50,109 nucleotides of DNA from NCBI GenBank assembly GCA_025603075.1, contig MU626401.1, forward strand, positions 1 through 50,109, written 5' to 3'. Positions 45,976-50,109 of the stretch are shown here, one piece after another. Both the position numbers and the translations under genes were made by a program. The number at the start of each line of letters is the position of its first letter. Position 1 is the first letter of the stretch. This DNA comes from Neoconidiobolus thromboides FSU 785. Taxonomy: Eukaryota > Fungi > Entomophthoromycota. A model generated the notes under the pieces. The model did not search any database and was not told the DNA's origin. It saw nothing but the letters and a program-made list of their open reading frames with translations.

Positions 45976-46980
45976 TTAAGCCTTATTTAATTTAGCGATC
46001 TTATTTTTCCAACTTCCCCAGAAGAGATGTTGTACCTTAGACTCATAATTGTACTCATCAACAGCTTCAAATCCTCTCTTTGGTAAAATATAAACATCTT
46101 TATGTAAAAATGGTTTTTGAATATCAAATCTTTTAACATCCGATATGTTGAGGTAAGAATATACTGTATCGGACCAAATACCTGGACCTGTCCAATCTAA
46201 TACATCACAATCAATTCTCTTTTCTTTTTTAAGCATTGATGGAGTAACTTCTTTAATACGGTTAATAACATCCAATAATATTGGGTGCCTTGGTGTTGCA
46301 GCAATAGTCCATTGGATAAATTGTATACCTCTGGCAAACTCATTGGGGTTTTTACATCTAAAGTTAAGGTCACCATTGTAAAATTCCATACCAACAATCA
46401 TTTTTACACCTGCTAAGTTATCATTCCATGTATCAATTGGTCTAACGCATTTGGTATCAGTGTCACTATAAACACCACCATAAAGGTATAAAACAATATA
46501 TCTAAAATAGTCAGCTTTAAGCACCGGCATTGGGAGAGCTTTAAAGGCTTCATAAACATCATTAGGCATATTAGTACGAACAATATTATCAATTTCATTA
46601 TCATCATAAATGTTATACTCATAAAAAGGATTAGCTGTCATCCAAGACTTTTTGATTTCCTTCTTCACACTATCTTTACTCTTAGCTGTCATATAGATTT
46701 TTTTTGGTATGATTGATTCACCAGTTTTTGGTTTAGCTTCAGCTATAGGGGCCTCTACATCTGATTCGGAGCTAGCTCCAACTTTAGGATTTTCTGGGCC
46801 TACTTCTGGATTTTCTTCATTTGAAAAATTCTTTACAGGATTTTGTAGCACACTATTTCCTTGCTCGGGGGCTGGACACCTTACTTGTCCACCAGAAAGA
46901 ACCAAAGTTACCAATATAACGGTTGCAATAACAATGACGATTATTGCTTTTGGGGACCTCAATCCATTTGCGCTTATCAT
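45976..46980 (-). CDS. GT32 (OCH1-like) glycosyltransferase GT32-5, intronless, with a long stem region
   Basis: 334 aa: signal anchor, P/E/S-rich stem, IPKKIYMT, KADYFRY, GGVYSDTDT, QFIQWT, HPILL, WTGPGIWSD, HLFWGSWK. Confidence 0.93.
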   Translation of the reverse strand: MISANGLRSPKAIIVIVIATVILVTLVLSGGQVRCPAPEQGNSVLQNPVKNFSNEENPEVGPENPKVGASSESDVEAPIAEAKPKTGESIIPKKIYMTAKSKDSVKKEIKKSWMTANPFYEYNIYDDNEIDNIVRTNMPNDVYEAFKALPMPVLKADYFRYIVLYLYGGVYSDTDTKCVRPIDTWNDNLAGVKMIVGMEFYNGDLNFRCKNPNEFARGIQFIQWTIAATPRHPILLDVINRIKEVTPSMLKKEKRIDCDVLDWTGPGIWSDTVYSYLNISDVKRFDIQKPFLHKDVYILPKRGFEAVDEYNYESKVQHLFWGSWKNKIAKLNKA

Positions 46981-48410
46981 TTTATTTTTTAATTAAGTTG
47001 AATAGTATAATTTTTATCTAATAAATATAGATAAATATGTTTATTTTGAATATGTTTATATAAATTACCTATTACTAATATTTAAATTCCCTTGTTTTAA
47101 TGAGTATATCCTGTAGCTTTAACTCGAGTATACTTTAATCTCAACTAAGAAAGAAAGATAGAACAAACAAAAAATGTATTTATAGTTCGATGGTTCTTAC
47201 TAGTGAGATCATTGGTCCTACCTTCCTTGACCTAATTATTTTCACCTCTTCTATTTTTAGAATTCCAAATTCCAGCAACCAAGAATAATTTTAAGGCATC
47301 AAAGCCAATAATTATTAGACAGAAAACTTGTAAATCTTAGTGTTTTTAATTCTGTATGTTTTCATTTGAAATTTGATCATCCTATATAATTATCAATAAT
47401 ATTATAGCAGATGATAATAAACACATTCAAGTATATTATGGTATAGTTTTGTCTAAACAAGTGTATAAACCACTAATATATTTTTAATATGTAAAGTTAG
47501 TAATTGTTCTTTAAATGAGTAATACTTATTTCATAAGATAAATTTATTGGCTGGGAATGGACCATCCTAATTTAAATTAGTCTGAGTTTATTTAACAAAA
47601 ACCTCTTATCTTTTATGCAATTTTTTAGGCTTATTAGTGCCTTGTAATCCAAATAGCTTTAGATAAGCAAAAATATGATCAACTGTAATAGTTGTTATTT
47701 TATCAATCAAAAATTGATTTATTTTATTCAATATTATATTATTTAAAAGTTCAAGACATTTGTTAACAAAGTTGGGAGTAATAGATTAAGGGGGGCTATA
47801 AATAGCTGAAAGAGCAAGTTTTATTTACTTTAGCTAATAATTAAAAGCTAAATATAATTTTGTTCTTAAAATAGTTCTTTAATATTTTTTATTTCCTTTA
47901 TTTCTTAATGAGTAGTAATTTAGTAATCCAATTAGCTGTTTAAAAATAATCCAGTAGCAAATTAATTAATAGATGTTGTATCTGCGCATATTTTATTGCA
48001 AATCTTTTTGCGCATTTAATTTTAACTAGGCTTTATTTTAAAAAAAATCAATATAAACATTTTTAGTGATAAAAGTTTATTATACTAACTTATAACCCAA
48101 AATAAAAGGATAAAACGTAATAAGTAAAGCCATATATTAGAGAATATGTTTTTAATCTAAAGCAACTAAGTAGAGTTAAACTACGAAACGTGGATTTTTA
48201 ACTAAATTTAAACATAAAATACGACTTTTAAATTTTACATGGAAATGTTTTTTATCCATTTTACATCCGATATAAAATTGAACAAATTTCATATAAAAAT
48301 CTTATACAAAAAACGTCTTGATACTCTTTTTGTCCTTTAATGTATTTAAGTCTAAAATACATTGAATTGTTTTATATCATTATTAGCTCTGTTCTTTCAC
48401 TTTCTACTTC

Positions 48411-48447
48411 TTTCTACTCAAATGGGACTTAAAAGATAGAAAAAGTG
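48411..48447 (-). mobile_element. Inverted internal fragment of the MITE abutting copy 16
   Basis: Its reverse complement CACTTTTTCTATCTTTTAAG-TC-CCATTTGAGTAGAAA matches the interior of copy 16. Confidence 0.7.
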
Positions 48448-48451
48448 GTAT

Positions 48452-48553
48452 ATATGGGGCGTTTTTTTGGCTTTATCACTTTTTCTATCTTTTAAGCACG
48501 CACCATTTGAGTGGAAAAATGTTAGTAAAATTCTTAAAAATATATTCCTATAT
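48452..48553 (+). mobile_element. MITE copy 16
   Basis: ATAT-GGGGCGTTTTT...CCATTTGAGTGGAAAAATGTTAGTAAAATTCTTAAAAATATATTCCT-ATAT. Confidence 0.85.
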
Positions 48554-49570
48554 ATTTTCAATCTAATTTTAAACAATTAAACTCAGTTAACTGTTTATTA
48601 TTATCCTGTATTAATTTTTAAATTTAATACCATTAAATATTGTAATTTTTAAGATTTTTAAGTTAAAGCTAGTTGAGGCAGTAAAGGAATAGAATAAGGA
48701 AAGATCCTCAGAAAGAAGGGTTATTGATCAAAACATAGAGAATCCTAGTTGCATTCATTAACTCATCTATAATGTTACACATATTACTGAAATGAGGTAG
48801 ATTTAGTTTGAATATTACAGAAGAGAGCTCAGAAGTAAAGAGCTTAAAATAATATGTAGCTACAGTGGTGATGAGATAGAGTGTCATGGGAATATGGTGG
48901 AAGAAAGAGTAATTGTTAACGTTAGAAGTAAAGAGTCTTTTAAAATCAAGAAGATAGTAATAGACATTAGAGTATTCGAGGGATCAAACCATTTCAGATT
49001 ATAGATATTAAAGGACATTATAGTAATAAGTTAATAGAGTATAGAAATATAGATTTTGGGCTAGAGTTTAGATTCATGAATCAGGGAAATGGCCCTATGT
49101 TTAAAATTTTCTATAATATACAAATAAATTAGTTTGATATTTCTTAAAGTAAACGTTTTATACGATTTTCAATAAATAAAAATTGTTGATTTTATTTAGT
49201 TGAATTTATTACCTTGATTATGGAGAAAACTTTCTCCGATTACTATTTAAAATACTAAAAGTTTAGGAGCTTATATCATACATAGCAATAAATAAGGGAT
49301 ATATTAGGTTTAGGTTAAATTGTTAAATTACAGTAAAGCCATAAGCATCATGAAATAAAATATAAAGGAATAAAAGCGTCACATTGTTTATATTGAATCA
49401 GGCGTAGATTAAAGTTATGAAAGTTATAGGTTATACCATTGTGGGCACATGAGAGCAACTATAATAAAACGATGTCATTTAAATTTAGTAATAAATCAAA
49501 ATAAATATTGCTATAGGAAAAGTAATATAAATAGGTAGCACACTTTAGTAAAATATCCATCAAAAACATA

Positions 49571-50109
49571 ATGCTAAACTTCCTTGTCTGGTTTATCTTT
49601 ATCTCATCCTCTCTTTCTAGCGATTCAAGAATCGTAAATGGTACTGAAGTTAGTCCAAAGTTCCGCTATCCATTCATGATATCTTTAGATTATCATGGAA
49701 AACATGTTTGTGGTGGTACTTTACTCAATAAAAATACCGTAGTGACAGCAGCTCACTGTATCAATGCTACTGAATCCGATTGGACTATTTCTTTTCATCG
49801 TCACAATATGAATTTAACTAGCTTACAAGAACATGGGAAAGACTTGAAGATTTTGAAGCGTATCCCACATCCAAAATATTATCTTGGTGAAAGTAGTATA
49901 AACTATGATATTGCTATATATAAAATTGAGCCTATAAAGGGGTTTAATCTTAGATTAAAACTAGATTATAATGATATTTCATCCCAAACTGGTAAAGGTC
50001 TTACTGTTTTAGGTTGGGGGAGACTATATGAAGATGGTCCTTATTCTTATGTTTTAAGACAAGTTGATGTTCCAGTTTATGATATTAACCAATGCAAAAT
50101 AAGCTATCC
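49571..50109 (+). CDS. Secreted trypsin-like serine protease (S1A), 3'-truncated by the window end
   Basis: MLNFLVWFIFISSSLS signal peptide, short pro-peptide SDSR, mature IVNG start, CGG, TAAHC (His), YDIAI (Asp), GWG and L-R-Q-V-D-V-P. The catalytic Ser lies beyond the window. Absent from the ORF track because there is no stop. Confidence 0.93.
   Translation, partial: MLNFLVWFIFISSSLSSDSRIVNGTEVSPKFRYPFMISLDYHGKHVCGGTLLNKNTVVTAAHCINATESDWTISFHRHNMNLTSLQEHGKDLKILKRIPHPKYYLGESSINYDIAIYKIEPIKGFNLRLKLDYNDISSQTGKGLTVLGWGRLYEDGPYSYVLRQVDVPVYDINQCKISY

Noticed and set aside
33036-46996. Short ORFs 33036-33269, 33685-33930, 37767-37958, 46197-46397, 46413-46622 and 46709-46996
   Set aside because: All overlap well-supported GT32 or heme lyase CDSs in other frames or strands.
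1047-48553. MITE copies as a CRISPR or REP-type array
   Set aside because: The copies are dispersed with irregular spacing, have TSDs, and lie in a eukaryotic intron-containing context with no cas genes.

Overview
This is very AT-rich (roughly 75-80% AT by eye) eukaryotic DNA with short GT-AG introns (about 45-180 nt) and fungal-type genes. An early-diverging, Conidiobolus-like fungus is my inference, not something the sequence proves. The window alternates long ORF-free, repeat-littered spacers (1-11.7 kb, 12.7-19.8 kb) with compact gene islands. RNA genes: three tRNA-Ser genes (two identical GCT copies, one TGA). Coding genes: a Myb/SANT (trihelix-like) protein; four intact OCH1-like GT32 glycosyltransferases plus two GT32 pseudogenes; two tandem TVP15/COPI-associated membrane proteins; spliced SOM1, CKS1, holocytochrome c synthase, PAP2 lipid phosphatase and two-RRM genes; a two-domain protein of unknown function; a small Ski7-like protein with no GTPase domain; and a trypsin cut off by the window end. 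Four observations stand out. (1) A ~97-bp MITE family has 16 copies here, with GGGGATGT...ACATCCCC termini and demonstrable 4-bp A(A/T)AT target-site duplications. (2) A 252-bp tract is 248/252 identical between two otherwise diverged, inverted GT32 paralogs about 21 kb apart, consistent with gene conversion over the DXD core. (3) The GT32 cluster shows birth-and-death turnover. (4) The Ski7-like exosome-adaptor ORF stands alone. All calls were made by eye, without database searches.
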